Origin: Alphaproteobacteria bacterium
Lineage (GTDB): Bacteria > Pseudomonadota > Alphaproteobacteria > CAAHEQ01 > UBA3637
Reading direction: 5' to 3'
Assembly: GCA_045605805.1 (NCBI GenBank)
Contig: JAZUQR010000018.1
Location: 1-19,237 of the forward strand
DNA: 19,237 bases
Under the pieces are notes generated by a model that was not told where the DNA came from, did no database searches, and worked only from the letters and a program-made list of their open reading frames with translations. This document shows, one piece after another, positions 7,748 through 16,288 of the stretch. How positions within the stretch are numbered: the stretch's first letter is position 1; every line of letters starts with the position of its first letter. Position numbers and translations under genes: made by a program.

Positions 7748-8914
7748 ATGTTAAAACGACTTTTTATTTGTTTATGGCTTATACTGGGGATGATTTTCCC
7801 TGCGTTTGCGCAAAGCATTCAAAATCTGCGTCTTTCAGCCAGTGATGACCAGACTGTGCGTTTTGTGGTTGATTTAAGCCATCAAACAAACATTAAACTT
7901 TCAAAATTGACTCAACCTCCCCGTTTTGTGATTGATATAGAAAATGCTTCTTTTGATGCCGGTGTTCAAAACAAAACCTTTTCAAATACAGGTTTTATTT
8001 CCGGCATTCGCACAGGCACCCCAACCCCAAATACAAGCCGAATCGTGTTAGATTTACCTTCGGCCGATATTACAGAAAAGCATTTTACCCTTGAACCACA
8101 AGCCGGTTCTTCTTGGCGTTTTGTGATTGATTTGAAGGCAAATTCACCCCAAGTTGGCGTGAAAGCCTTTTCCAACAATGCCCAAACAGTGGCTACGCAG
8201 GCCCCCTCCAGCACCGCCAAAAAATCTGCCCCAAAGAAAAAAATCATTATGCTGGATGCGGGACATGGCGGACAAGACCCTGGTGCCATTTCCAGAACAG
8301 GCAAATACGAAAAAGACTTGACCTTGAAAATGGCAAAAGAAACAAAGGCTTTGTTGGAAAAAGCCGGTTATAAGGTTGTCATGACTCGTGATAAGGATGT
8401 TTATATTTCCTTACGGGGACGCATTGAACGGGCCCACAAAGCCAACGCTGATTTATTTATTTCTATTCATGCTGACAGTGCCAAAAATCCATCGGCCAAA
8501 GGATTGTCTGTTTATACTATTTCAGAAACTGCTTCTGACAAAGAGGCGGCTGCATTGGCCGAAAGCGAAAATAAATCGGACATTTTGTTTGGCATGGATT
8601 TAAGCGATTATCAACCAGAAGTGGGGAACATTTTAATTGACTTTGCCAAAACCTATACTATGGATCAATCAGCCAAATATGCTGACGAAGTAGTGAAAGA
8701 GATGGCCAAAGAAGTGACTTTGCGCCCCAAAGCCCATCGCTATGCCGGTTTTGTGGTGCTTAAATCCCCCAACATTCCTTCTGTTTTATTAGAATTAGGC
8801 TATTTATCCAATAAACAAGAAGACAAACAACTTCAAAAGGAAAGTTATCGCAAAAAACTTTCACAAGCATTGGTGCGGGCGGTCAATACTTATTTCAAAA
8901 AGCATGCCGAATAA
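7748..8914 (+). CDS. amiC: N-acetylmuramoyl-L-alanine amidase (AMIN + Amidase_3; AmiC-like)
   Basis: Signal peptide, AMIN domain (PPRFVIDI, RIVLDL), amidase motifs LDAGHGGQDPGA, EKD, FISIHAD and PSVLLELGYLSN. Confidence 0.92.
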   Translation: MLKRLFICLWLILGMIFPAFAQSIQNLRLSASDDQTVRFVVDLSHQTNIKLSKLTQPPRFVIDIENASFDAGVQNKTFSNTGFISGIRTGTPTPNTSRIVLDLPSADITEKHFTLEPQAGSSWRFVIDLKANSPQVGVKAFSNNAQTVATQAPSSTAKKSAPKKKIIMLDAGHGGQDPGAISRTGKYEKDLTLKMAKETKALLEKAGYKVVMTRDKDVYISLRGRIERAHKANADLFISIHADSAKNPSAKGLSVYTISETASDKEAAALAESENKSDILFGMDLSDYQPEVGNILIDFAKTYTMDQSAKYADEVVKEMAKEVTLRPKAHRYAGFVVLKSPNIPSVLLELGYLSNKQEDKQLQKESYRKKLSQALVRAVNTYFKKHAE

Positions 8915-8922
8915 ATAATTAC

Positions 8923-8951
8923 TTGCTTTTTGGCGCTTTTTCAGATATATT
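8923..8951 (+). promoter_or_regulatory. putative ssrA promoter
   Basis: TTGCTT (8923-8928), 17 bp, TATATT (8946-8951), which places the start near 8958. Confidence 0.55.
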
Positions 8952-8957
8952 ATATGT

Positions 8958-9258
8958 GTCAGGCAACTGACTATGATGCTAAACGGCAAATGGAATAGAT
9001 GTTGTGGACTCGGGGGCGGTACCCGACACCTCCACCATTTATGGGGGTGACACAGTTTCGACACGCATAGTAAAGATTGTGCTTTGTATCCGGCATGGTA
9101 TCCACCGTTATCGGGCTGAACAAAATAAATGCGAACGATAATAATGCTCGCATTGCAATGGCCGCCTAATTTTAGGCGTCTAGCGCAATCATGATTCTGG
9201 GGTCAATTTAGCGACGCCAGTGGGGTTTGGGGGTGACCTAGCAACAGAATACTCCCAC
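8958..9258 (+). ncRNA. ssrA: circularly permuted two-piece tmRNA; tag (A)ANDNNARIAMAA*
   Basis: The acceptor piece comes first: T-arm TCGGG-GGCGGTA-CCCGA, then CACCTCC-A-CCA ending at 9037. The coding piece starts GGGGGTG at 9043 (G3:U70 Ala determinant). Tag ORF 9131-9169 follows TAAAT. Outer boundaries are approximate. Confidence 0.95.
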
Positions 9259-9279
9259 TTTTTTGAAGGGGATTCCTAT

Positions 9280-9690
9280 ATGAAAGATTATTCATCTTAT
9301 ATGCAAAAAGCCTTTTTGGGCGTTGTTCATGATGTTTTGAAGGATGTGGCTCAAAACGGTTTAACCGATGGGGCGTACTATATGATTACTTTTGAAACAC
9401 CGTATGCTGTTATTCCCGATTTTTTACGAGCCAAATACCCCAACGAGATGACCATTGTTTTACAAAATCAATTTGACAATTTGATTGTGGATAAAGATAA
9501 GTTTTCGGTTGATTTAAGTTTTGGTGGGGTGGCCAGCACGATTGTTGTGCCGTTTCATACCTTAAAATCTTTTGCCGATCCGGATGCCCAGTTTGGCTTT
9601 CATTTAATGCCCACGCAACCGGCCGATACAGCGAAAAATGACGGCTCTGTGGCCGAAGTGATTGATTTGGCTTCTCGGAGAAAAAAATAA
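9280..9690 (+). CDS. sspB: ClpXP specificity-enhancing factor SspB (alpha type)
   Basis: YMITFET..., YPNEMTIVLQNQFDNL.V...FSVDLSFGG, PF..LKSFADP, C-terminal VIDLASRRKK ClpX-docking tail. Start moved to ATG 9280 because the longer ORF overlaps ssrA. Confidence 0.93.
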   Translation: MKDYSSYMQKAFLGVVHDVLKDVAQNGLTDGAYYMITFETPYAVIPDFLRAKYPNEMTIVLQNQFDNLIVDKDKFSVDLSFGGVASTIVVPFHTLKSFADPDAQFGFHLMPTQPADTAKNDGSVAEVIDLASRRKK

Positions 9691-9908
9691 TGCGCAAACA
9701 TTCGGTTGTTTTATCCGGACACGCCACAAGCCTTTGTTTGGAAGATGCGTTTTGGGATACCTTAAAGGAAATTGCCACACAAAAGGGTGTTGCTGTCCGC
9801 CAACTGATGATGGAAATTGACAATGCTCACACAGGCAATTTATCCAGTGCGGTGCGCCTTTATATCCTTCAAGAATTAAAACGACAACTGGCCGCTTATA
9901 AGAAATAA
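9690..9908 (+). CDS. ribbon-helix-helix domain protein (RHH_4-like)
   Basis: KHSVVLSGHATSLCLEDAFWDTLKEIA...IDN...NLSSAVRLYIL. Translationally coupled to sspB (TAATG overlap). Confidence 0.88.
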   Translation: MRKHSVVLSGHATSLCLEDAFWDTLKEIATQKGVAVRQLMMEIDNAHTGNLSSAVRLYILQELKRQLAAYKK

Positions 9909-10654
9909 AGCAACACACAGATTCCCAAAATAATTCTGTATAGCCCGAACACAAAGAACGAGGCTTTATTTAACCATTTTATCAAAAAGGTGATGGCTAT
10001 CATTCCAAAGATGGCCGAAGACACAAGTGCTACTGCCAATTCCTGACTTGGTGGCATTATCATTTGTCCTGATGAGGCTTTCCAAATGGTATAAATACCG
10101 GCCAACAGGATGGTCGGGATGGATAACAACATCGCAAAACGGGCGCTTTCTTCCCGCTTAAAACCACGCCATCTTGCGCAAGTCATTGTGATGCCGGAAC
10201 GACTTGTCCCTGGGATGACCGATAACACTTGTGCCACACCAATTAAAAAAGCATCCATAAAGCTCATCTGTTGCAACCTTCTGGAACAAGGTGCCTTTTC
10301 ATCTACCTTCCACAAAAGCCATCCAAAAAAGATAGAGCTGAGACCAATAACGGTTGCCCCCCGCAACAGTTTTATATCACAAAAATGAATGGCGGCCCCC
10401 ACAACCACTATTGGCACTGTTCCCACAATCAATTTACTTAAAAGATGGATATCTTTTAACAATATCATGCGCACAATATCTTTTCTGAAATACAGTATCA
10501 CAGCCAACAATGTACCGATATGCAAGGCAATATCCACCACAATCCCTTGGTCAGATAATCCAAAAAGATTAGACAACAATAAATGCCCCGAAGAACTTAT
10601 TGGTAAGAACTCGGTCAGACTTTGCAAAAATGCCAAAAAAATTAAAACGCCCAT
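9896..10654 (-). CDS. uppP: undecaprenyl-diphosphate phosphatase (BacA family)
   Basis: QSLTEFLPISSSGHL and PGTSRSGIT motifs, multiple TM helices. Overlaps the 3' end of the RHH gene by 13 nt. Confidence 0.96.
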   Translation of the reverse strand: MGVLIFLAFLQSLTEFLPISSSGHLLLSNLFGLSDQGIVVDIALHIGTLLAVILYFRKDIVRMILLKDIHLLSKLIVGTVPIVVVGAAIHFCDIKLLRGATVIGLSSIFFGWLLWKVDEKAPCSRRLQQMSFMDAFLIGVAQVLSVIPGTSRSGITMTCARWRGFKREESARFAMLLSIPTILLAGIYTIWKASSGQMIMPPSQELAVALVSSAIFGMIAITFLIKWLNKASFFVFGLYRIILGICVLLYFL

Positions 10655-10676
10655 TTTTTTCTATCCTTTTTATTTT

Positions 10677-10705
10677 AAGCTATCCTTTTTATAAAGTGCT
10701 GTCAA
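10677..10705 (-). promoter_or_regulatory. putative uppP promoter
   Basis: TTGACA (10705-10700), 17 bp, TAGCTT (10682-10677). Confidence 0.5.
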
Positions 10706-10721
10706 GAACAACTTTTCTCTC

Positions 10722-10749
10722 TTGCCTTTTCAAAAAAAATTTTTATACT
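10722..10749 (+). promoter_or_regulatory. putative bat operon promoter
   Basis: TTGCCT (10722-10727), 16 bp, TATACT (10744-10749), ending 7 nt before the ATG. Confidence 0.55.
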
Positions 10750-10756
10750 GTTTAAT

Positions 10757-11743
10757 ATGTATCAATTTGTTTGGCCGATTGTTTTTTGTCTTTTACCGCT
10801 GCCTTTTGTAATCAGGTGGCTTTTTGGTGGTTCGTCCGTTTCTGCAACAGTCAATCCCGAGGCTTTGAAAGTGCCTTTTTTTGAACGACTTCAACAATTA
10901 CAGGCCCCCACTGCCTTGCCTAATCGTTTTGTTTCTCCTTTGTTATGGAGCTTGGTATGGCTTTGTTTTGTGATTGCTGCTGCTCGTCCCGTATGGGTTG
11001 GTGAACCGATTCTGTTGGACAAAGAAGCCCGCAACATTGTTTTAACTTTGGATGTTTCCGGTTCAATGGAAGAACAGGACTTTGATATCAATCGCCAACC
11101 GATTACCCGATTGGATATGGTGAAACGCCTTGCCAATGATTTTATTACGCAACGCAAGGGCGACAATTTGGGGTTGGTTATTTTTGGTTCAGAGGCCTAT
11201 TCGTATGCCCCTTTATCTCCGGACACAAAAACTTTAGCCGGATTGATGGATGAAATTGGCATTGGCATTGCCGGTTCACAAACAGCCATGGGGGATGCTT
11301 TGGCTATGGCTGTTCAAAGCGTTGTTTCCGTTCCGGAAAAGGCACGCATTGTTCTTTTAATGTCTGATGGTTTTGCCAATGCGGGCGTTGTTTCGGTAAA
11401 AGATGCGTTGGAATTGGCCAAAAACAATCAAGTGAAGGTGTACACAATCGGTATTGGTTCGGACAGACAAACTGTTCAGGACTTTTTGGGGTTTGTTCAA
11501 ATGAATGCATCGCTGGACTTAGACGAAGAAACCCTGCGCCATGTGGCCAAAGAAACAGGCGGGCAGTATTTCCGTGCTAAAACAAGTGATGACCTTAAAA
11601 AGATTTATGATTTGATTGATCAATTGGAAACAACCAAGGCTGAAAGCACTGCTGTGCGCCCCAGACGAGAAATGGCGTTTTATTTCCTTTTGGCCGGTTT
11701 TGCTTTTTGGTTGATGGCCTTTATGATAAGGGGGCGTGCATGA
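10757..11743 (+). CDS. batA: BatA-like membrane-anchored vWA-domain protein
   Basis: N-terminal F.WP...LLPLP TM, AAARP.W motif, intact MIDAS (DVSGS, T, SDG), TGGQYFRA, C-terminal TM. Confidence 0.9.
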   Translation: MYQFVWPIVFCLLPLPFVIRWLFGGSSVSATVNPEALKVPFFERLQQLQAPTALPNRFVSPLLWSLVWLCFVIAAARPVWVGEPILLDKEARNIVLTLDVSGSMEEQDFDINRQPITRLDMVKRLANDFITQRKGDNLGLVIFGSEAYSYAPLSPDTKTLAGLMDEIGIGIAGSQTAMGDALAMAVQSVVSVPEKARIVLLMSDGFANAGVVSVKDALELAKNNQVKVYTIGIGSDRQTVQDFLGFVQMNASLDLDEETLRHVAKETGGQYFRAKTSDDLKKIYDLIDQLETTKAESTAVRPRREMAFYFLLAGFAFWLMAFMIRGRA

Positions 11744-13233
11744 TTTTTATCAGACCGTTTCTGTTATTATTACTGATTGTACCGTTTTTATTCAAAATTA
11801 GCAAATCACGGGGAAGCACAAAAACGCCGTGGACAAAGTGGGTGGATGCAACATTATTACCCGCCTTACTTGTGGGTGACCGTCAAAACCATTCTTTTGG
11901 TTTATGGCGCAAGAGCTTGATTTTACTATGGTCTCTTTTTGTTATTGCCAGTGCGGGGCCGGCTTTTGACAAGTTGCCCGTTCCTGTTGGCACAAGTTTG
12001 CCAAACACGGTTTTGATTTTTGACTTAGGGCCTGCCATGCAAGGGGCGACTTTGGCCAACGCCAAAATCAAACTGAACGATTTACTGACAGCCTTAAAAG
12101 GCAACCGAGTTGGCCTTGTGCTTTATGCCGACAAAGGCTATACTGCCGTTCCTTTAACGCAAGACAGGGCTTTGATTCGGGCATTGATTCCCACACTTGA
12201 TCCTTCTGTTTTACCCAATCCGCAACAAAATCCGGCTGCTGCTTTCCACTATGCCGACACCCTTATTCAACAAAGTGGCGGTAATGGGCGCATTCTTTAT
12301 ATCACAGCCGGTGGGGTGGATGGGCGCAACATCAAGTCTGCCTATCCTATTGGTGTTTTGGGCCTTGATGACAAAGCAGTATCGGCCACTCTTAAACAAT
12401 TGGGTGCTTATCAAGCAAAAAGCGCAGATGCTTCGGATATTTTATCTTTATTAAAGGCCACGGAACCAGATACATCCATTCAATTTGACATGGATGAAAC
12501 AGCCGATGAATGGGCTGATTTGGCTGGCCTTCTTACTTTAATTTTATTGCCATTTTTTGCTTTTACTTTCAAAAAAGGTTTTTTGTTCGGATTGCTTTTT
12601 TTCTTTATCATACCGGCTCAGGCGGCTTTCTTCTTGCGCCCCGATCAACAGGCTTATTACCACCATCAAGAAGCGGTTAAACATTACAGAAAGGGGGCTT
12701 ATGAAAAAGCCATTCAAGGGTTTGAAAATCATCCTTACAATCAAGGCAATGCTTTGGCCCATGCTGGCAAGATTCAAGAAGCCATTCAAGCCTATACCAA
12801 AGAATTAAAGATAAATCCTGATAACGAAGATGCTCGTTTTAACAAAGAGTATTTAGAAAAACAACTGCCGCCACCCGAACAGCAAAATCAGCAATCTGAA
12901 CAACAAAAATCAGATCAAGACAATCCTGATCAACAGGCGGACTCGCAAAATCAAGATGATCAACAAAGCAACGAAGAAAACCAAAACTCTCAAAAAAATG
13001 ACTCTCAACAACAGCCACAAGATTCTTCCCAACAACAAGAAAATCAAGCCAATGCGTCTCAACCCACTGAACCACAAGACAATGAAGAACAGATTCAACA
13101 ACAAGAGGTAGATGAATCCAGTCGGGAAAAATCTCCGTTTAATCAGGAAGAACAACAAGTTCTTAACCGTTTGAATACAGACCCTTATCGGGTTTTAAGA
13201 TACAGACTTCAACAACAAGCGAGGAAAAAATGA
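11740..13233 (+). CDS. BatB/BatC-like vWA + TPR fusion protein
   Basis: ATG 11740 overlaps the batA stop (ATGA). FIRP..LLLL, AGP, vWA (NRVGL..YA...PLT.D), TPR (YNQGNALA..G..QEAI.AY...L..NP...DA.FN), Gln/Asp/Asn/Glu-rich linker, DP...LR tail. Confidence 0.85.
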   Translation: MIFIRPFLLLLLIVPFLFKISKSRGSTKTPWTKWVDATLLPALLVGDRQNHSFGLWRKSLILLWSLFVIASAGPAFDKLPVPVGTSLPNTVLIFDLGPAMQGATLANAKIKLNDLLTALKGNRVGLVLYADKGYTAVPLTQDRALIRALIPTLDPSVLPNPQQNPAAAFHYADTLIQQSGGNGRILYITAGGVDGRNIKSAYPIGVLGLDDKAVSATLKQLGAYQAKSADASDILSLLKATEPDTSIQFDMDETADEWADLAGLLTLILLPFFAFTFKKGFLFGLLFFFIIPAQAAFFLRPDQQAYYHHQEAVKHYRKGAYEKAIQGFENHPYNQGNALAHAGKIQEAIQAYTKELKINPDNEDARFNKEYLEKQLPPPEQQNQQSEQQKSDQDNPDQQADSQNQDDQQSNEENQNSQKNDSQQQPQDSSQQQENQANASQPTEPQDNEEQIQQQEVDESSREKSPFNQEEQQVLNRLNTDPYRVLRYRLQQQARKK

Positions 13234-14645
13234 AACTTATTTTATTGATAATTTGCTGTTTTTTAAGTTCATCTGTTTGGGCCAAGATTACCGCAGAGTT
13301 TAAGCCGAATCCCATGAATCAAGGCGGAACGACCGAACTTATTTTAACCTCCAATCAACCCTTTAACGGTGTGCCGAATTTGGATGTTTTGAAACAAGAT
13401 TTTGTGATTGGTGGCCAACAACAGCGTCAATCTTCCCGTTGGGTGAACGGCAAAAGTTCGGCTTTATATCAAATGTCTTTCACTTTATTTCCAAACAAAT
13501 CGGGCGATATTCGTGTGACCGGATTCAAAGTTGGGGAAGAAGATATCGTGATGCCTGTTTTAACGGTGGGGAAAAATAAAGCCTATGAAACACAAGGGAA
13601 AGTTTTGTTGGAAGTTTCCTGCCCACAGGCAAGCCTTTACCCTGCACAGAAACTGTTATGTAGTGTCTGGCTTGAAGATTCTATGGGCTTAGTGGATGGG
13701 CAAATTGTACCGCCCAATATGCCAGAAGGCGTGTGGGAACAGGTGTTGCCGCCTATGCCTGTGGCGGGGGGCAAAGGAACGGCTCAACGCTATCAAAGTG
13801 CCTTTTCTTTCACCCCAAAACAAAGTGGCTTGATTAAGATACCGCCTTTTATTTTTCAAGGCGCAGCTCGTTTAAGGACACAACAAAATCGTTCTTTTAA
13901 CAGTATTTTTGATATTATGACTGGTTCGTTGCCTTCTACGGCCACACAGCCTGTTGGGGCGCAAAGTGCTCCATTTTCCTTAAAAATCAAAGAAAAGCCT
14001 GCCAATTACACGGGGTGGTGGTTGCCAAGTTCTCAGGTCACCCTTACCGAAACCTTTGATGCCCCCAAAAGCATTGCCATTGGCGAACCCATCAGTCGCA
14101 CTTTTATCCTTCGGGCAAAAGATGTGTTGGCCGAAGATATGCCTGTGGTACAAGTACCTCAAACGCAAGGCTTGAAATCCTATGCTAATCCGGAAAAACG
14201 CTTAAATCTGAACGATGGGGGGCAAGTTGAGGTGACGGTGACTTTTGTGCCAACTGTGGCGGGCGAATTGCTTTTGCCTGAGGTGAAAGTTCCTTGGTTT
14301 AACACCGCCACGGAGCAGATTCAAGAAGCCACTTTACCGCCTCAATCCATTGTTGTGCAAGGGGGGGCAGAGGCTGTATCTGATAGCTTACCCCAAACAA
14401 AACAGGTTATATCACAACCACAACCTGAACCTTCGGAAAAAAGCAAACCGCAATTGGTGCAAAAACCTATCACGCAAGCTCCAGCTTCTGTGGCGTGGAG
14501 ATGGGTTGCTCTGTTTGGATTGGGGGCGTTCCTCTTTGGGATTTTGATTGCCTTTCTTGTATTTCGCCATTTTTCAAAGAAACAAGCAAAGGCGCAACTT
14601 TCTTCCAAAAAGAAAAAACCTTTGCCTGATTTATACCCTTTTTGA
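13230..14645 (+). CDS. batD: BatD-family (oxygen tolerance) protein
   Basis: Signal peptide, Ig-like beta-rich repeats (S.WVNG, PNKSG, WLP...TL, GEP..RT, PWFNT), C-terminal TM. ATGA overlap with the previous gene. Confidence 0.85.
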   Translation: MKLILLIICCFLSSSVWAKITAEFKPNPMNQGGTTELILTSNQPFNGVPNLDVLKQDFVIGGQQQRQSSRWVNGKSSALYQMSFTLFPNKSGDIRVTGFKVGEEDIVMPVLTVGKNKAYETQGKVLLEVSCPQASLYPAQKLLCSVWLEDSMGLVDGQIVPPNMPEGVWEQVLPPMPVAGGKGTAQRYQSAFSFTPKQSGLIKIPPFIFQGAARLRTQQNRSFNSIFDIMTGSLPSTATQPVGAQSAPFSLKIKEKPANYTGWWLPSSQVTLTETFDAPKSIAIGEPISRTFILRAKDVLAEDMPVVQVPQTQGLKSYANPEKRLNLNDGGQVEVTVTFVPTVAGELLLPEVKVPWFNTATEQIQEATLPPQSIVVQGGAEAVSDSLPQTKQVISQPQPEPSEKSKPQLVQKPITQAPASVAWRWVALFGLGAFLFGILIAFLVFRHFSKKQAKAQLSSKKKKPLPDLYPF

Positions 14646-14720
14646 TAAAAAGTACTTGACTTTTATTTCAAAATCGTGTAAAACTATTGGCACGAGTTTA
14701 CAGAAGAAAGGATTTTTAAC

Positions 14721-15014
14721 ATGACAAAAAAGTGTCTGGTGACTGAAAAAGGCGTGATGTCCGGCAATAACAACTGTTATTCCAAAAAGAAAACACGTCG
14801 TCGTTTTATGCCTAATTTGCAAAATGTGGCTATTTACAGCGAAATCTTGGAAATGCCAATTACAATTCGCATTTCTTCCACTGGTTTGCGCACCATTGAA
14901 AAAAATGGCGGTTTGGATTTGTATCTTTTGAATACACAATCTTCCAAATTGTCCGAAGAATGCAAAGAATTGCGTGATCGGATTTTGGCTGCCAAAGCAA
15001 AAAAAGGTGTGTAA
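14721..15014 (+). CDS. rpmB: 50S ribosomal protein L28 (long alpha type)
   Basis: C..T.KGVMSGNN.....KTRRRFMPNLQ...SE.L......IST.GLRTIEKNGGLD.YLL. SD AAGGA. Confidence 0.95.
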   Translation: MTKKCLVTEKGVMSGNNNCYSKKKTRRRFMPNLQNVAIYSEILEMPITIRISSTGLRTIEKNGGLDLYLLNTQSSKLSEECKELRDRILAAKAKKGV

Positions 15015-15032
15015 TCTGATTTTGGGTTGAAC

Positions 15033-15068
15033 AAGCGCCGTTTCTTTTGAATCGGCGCTTTTATTTTT
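15033..15068 (+). terminator. intrinsic terminator after rpmB
   Basis: AAGCGCCG.TTC-TTTT-GAA.CGGCGCTT followed by TTATTTTT. Confidence 0.8.
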
Positions 15069-15083
15069 GAAAAGGAGAATCTT

Positions 15084-15566
15084 ATGTCTGAACCATATCA
15101 ACGCCCTTCGTGGGATGAATACTTTTTGGAAGTTATGCATGCTTTAGCCAAGCGAGCCACTTGTGACAGGGGTAGAACAGCCTGTGTGATTGTGAAAGAC
15201 AAACAAATTATTGCCTCAGGTTATGTTGGCTCTCCGGCCGGTTTGCCCCACTGTGACGAAGTTGGCCATTTAATGAAAAAGGTCATTGATGATGATGGCA
15301 CAATCAGCGAACATTGTATGCGCACTATTCATGCCGAACAAAATGCTATTTGTCAAGCGGCCAAAAGGGGTGTCTCCATTGAAGGGGCAACCATTTATTG
15401 CAAACTGGCCCCTTGTCGTACCTGTGCTATGCTGTTGATTGCCTGTGGCATTAAACGGGTGGTGGCGGAATATAAATATCATGCCGGCACAGAGGCCGAA
15501 GAAATGATGTTAAAAGCCGGCATTCAAATTGATTATGTGCATGATGAAACCTTGCAATACAAATAA
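15084..15566 (+). CDS. dCMP deaminase (ComEB-like, cytidine/deoxycytidylate deaminase family)
   Basis: RPSWDEYF, RATCDR, HAEQNAI and PCRTC zinc-binding motifs. SD AGGAG. Confidence 0.93.
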   Translation: MSEPYQRPSWDEYFLEVMHALAKRATCDRGRTACVIVKDKQIIASGYVGSPAGLPHCDEVGHLMKKVIDDDGTISEHCMRTIHAEQNAICQAAKRGVSIEGATIYCKLAPCRTCAMLLIACGIKRVVAEYKYHAGTEAEEMMLKAGIQIDYVHDETLQYK

Positions 15567-15589
15567 GAATATCTTTTTTTAAGATAGTT

Positions 15590-16276
15590 TTATCTGATGA
15601 TTAAATTCGGAAACACTTCCTTGATGGGGGCAAGGGCCTGAGGGGTGAAAAAGGCATCTATTTGTGTTTGTGAGGGGGGATTTTTATCTCCCTCAAAGGT
15701 ATGGTATGCCTGTAAAGCATAGCTTTTCACCCCCATTTGTTTTAACTCTGTGGCCATTTTTATCACATCTTGGGAAGTTAAAAAAGCAGGATCGCAAGTT
15801 GTTCGGCACTCAAAATTGATTTGTGCTTTTAACAACACATTCAAACTTTCTTGCACTTTTGGTGCCATATTCGGCCGACCACATAATGTATTATATTTTT
15901 CCCATGGTGCTTTGATATCCAGCCCCACCCAATCCACAAATGACACTATTTCTTTTAATTTTTCGGGATAGACACCTGCGGTATGAATCCCCACTTTGAA
16001 GCCCATTTGTTTGATTTGTTGACACGATGGTAAGATATCCGGTTGCATCAGAGGTTCCCCACCAGACAGAACAAGGGCATCTAATTTCCCTTGCCTTGAT
16101 GCCATAAACCGCACAACCTCATCCCACGCCATATCACTTTGGCCATTTGAAACTTGAAGATTCGGATTATGACAAAAAGGACACCTGAGTGGGCATCCTT
16201 TGAAAAAAACAACGGCCGCCAAGCACCCAGGATAGTCAATTGTTGTGAAGGGGACTAATCCAGCGACCGTTGGCAT
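15590..16276 (-). CDS. nrdG: anaerobic ribonucleoside-triphosphate reductase activating enzyme (radical SAM, long form)
   Basis: TTIDYPG...AVVF..GCPLRCPFCHN (CxxxCxxC), SGGEP, DWVGLDIKAP, ECRTT. In operon with nrdD. Confidence 0.93.
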   Translation of the reverse strand: MPTVAGLVPFTTIDYPGCLAAVVFFKGCPLRCPFCHNPNLQVSNGQSDMAWDEVVRFMASRQGKLDALVLSGGEPLMQPDILPSCQQIKQMGFKVGIHTAGVYPEKLKEIVSFVDWVGLDIKAPWEKYNTLCGRPNMAPKVQESLNVLLKAQINFECRTTCDPAFLTSQDVIKMATELKQMGVKSYALQAYHTFEGDKNPPSQTQIDAFFTPQALAPIKEVFPNLIIR

Positions 16277-16288
16277 AAAAAACTCCTG

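Noticed and set aside
8861-9153. Short minus-strand ORFs (67 and 60 aa)
   Set aside because: Antisense shadows of ssrA.
9220-9279. GTG-started N-terminal extension of sspB
   Set aside because: It overlaps the tmRNA 3' structure. ATG 9280 has an SD-like GGGGA and matches the family start.
9486-9494. Perfect DnaA box (TGTGGATAA)
   Set aside because: It is a single copy inside sspB coding sequence, with no box cluster suggesting oriC.
12870-13120. CAA-rich low-complexity stretch as a possible repeat array or CRISPR
   Set aside because: It encodes the Gln/Asn/Asp/Glu linker usual in BatC-like TPR proteins and has no repeat-spacer periodicity.
14688-14703. TGGCACG as a sigma54 -24 element upstream of rpmB (also TGGCG motifs at about 18758 and 18780)
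   Set aside because: There is no TTGC at the required -12 spacing.
14631-15140. 169-aa minus-strand ORF and the other short ORFs nested in or antisense to called genes
   Set aside because: They are shadows of well-supported genes, with no independent motifs or translation signals.
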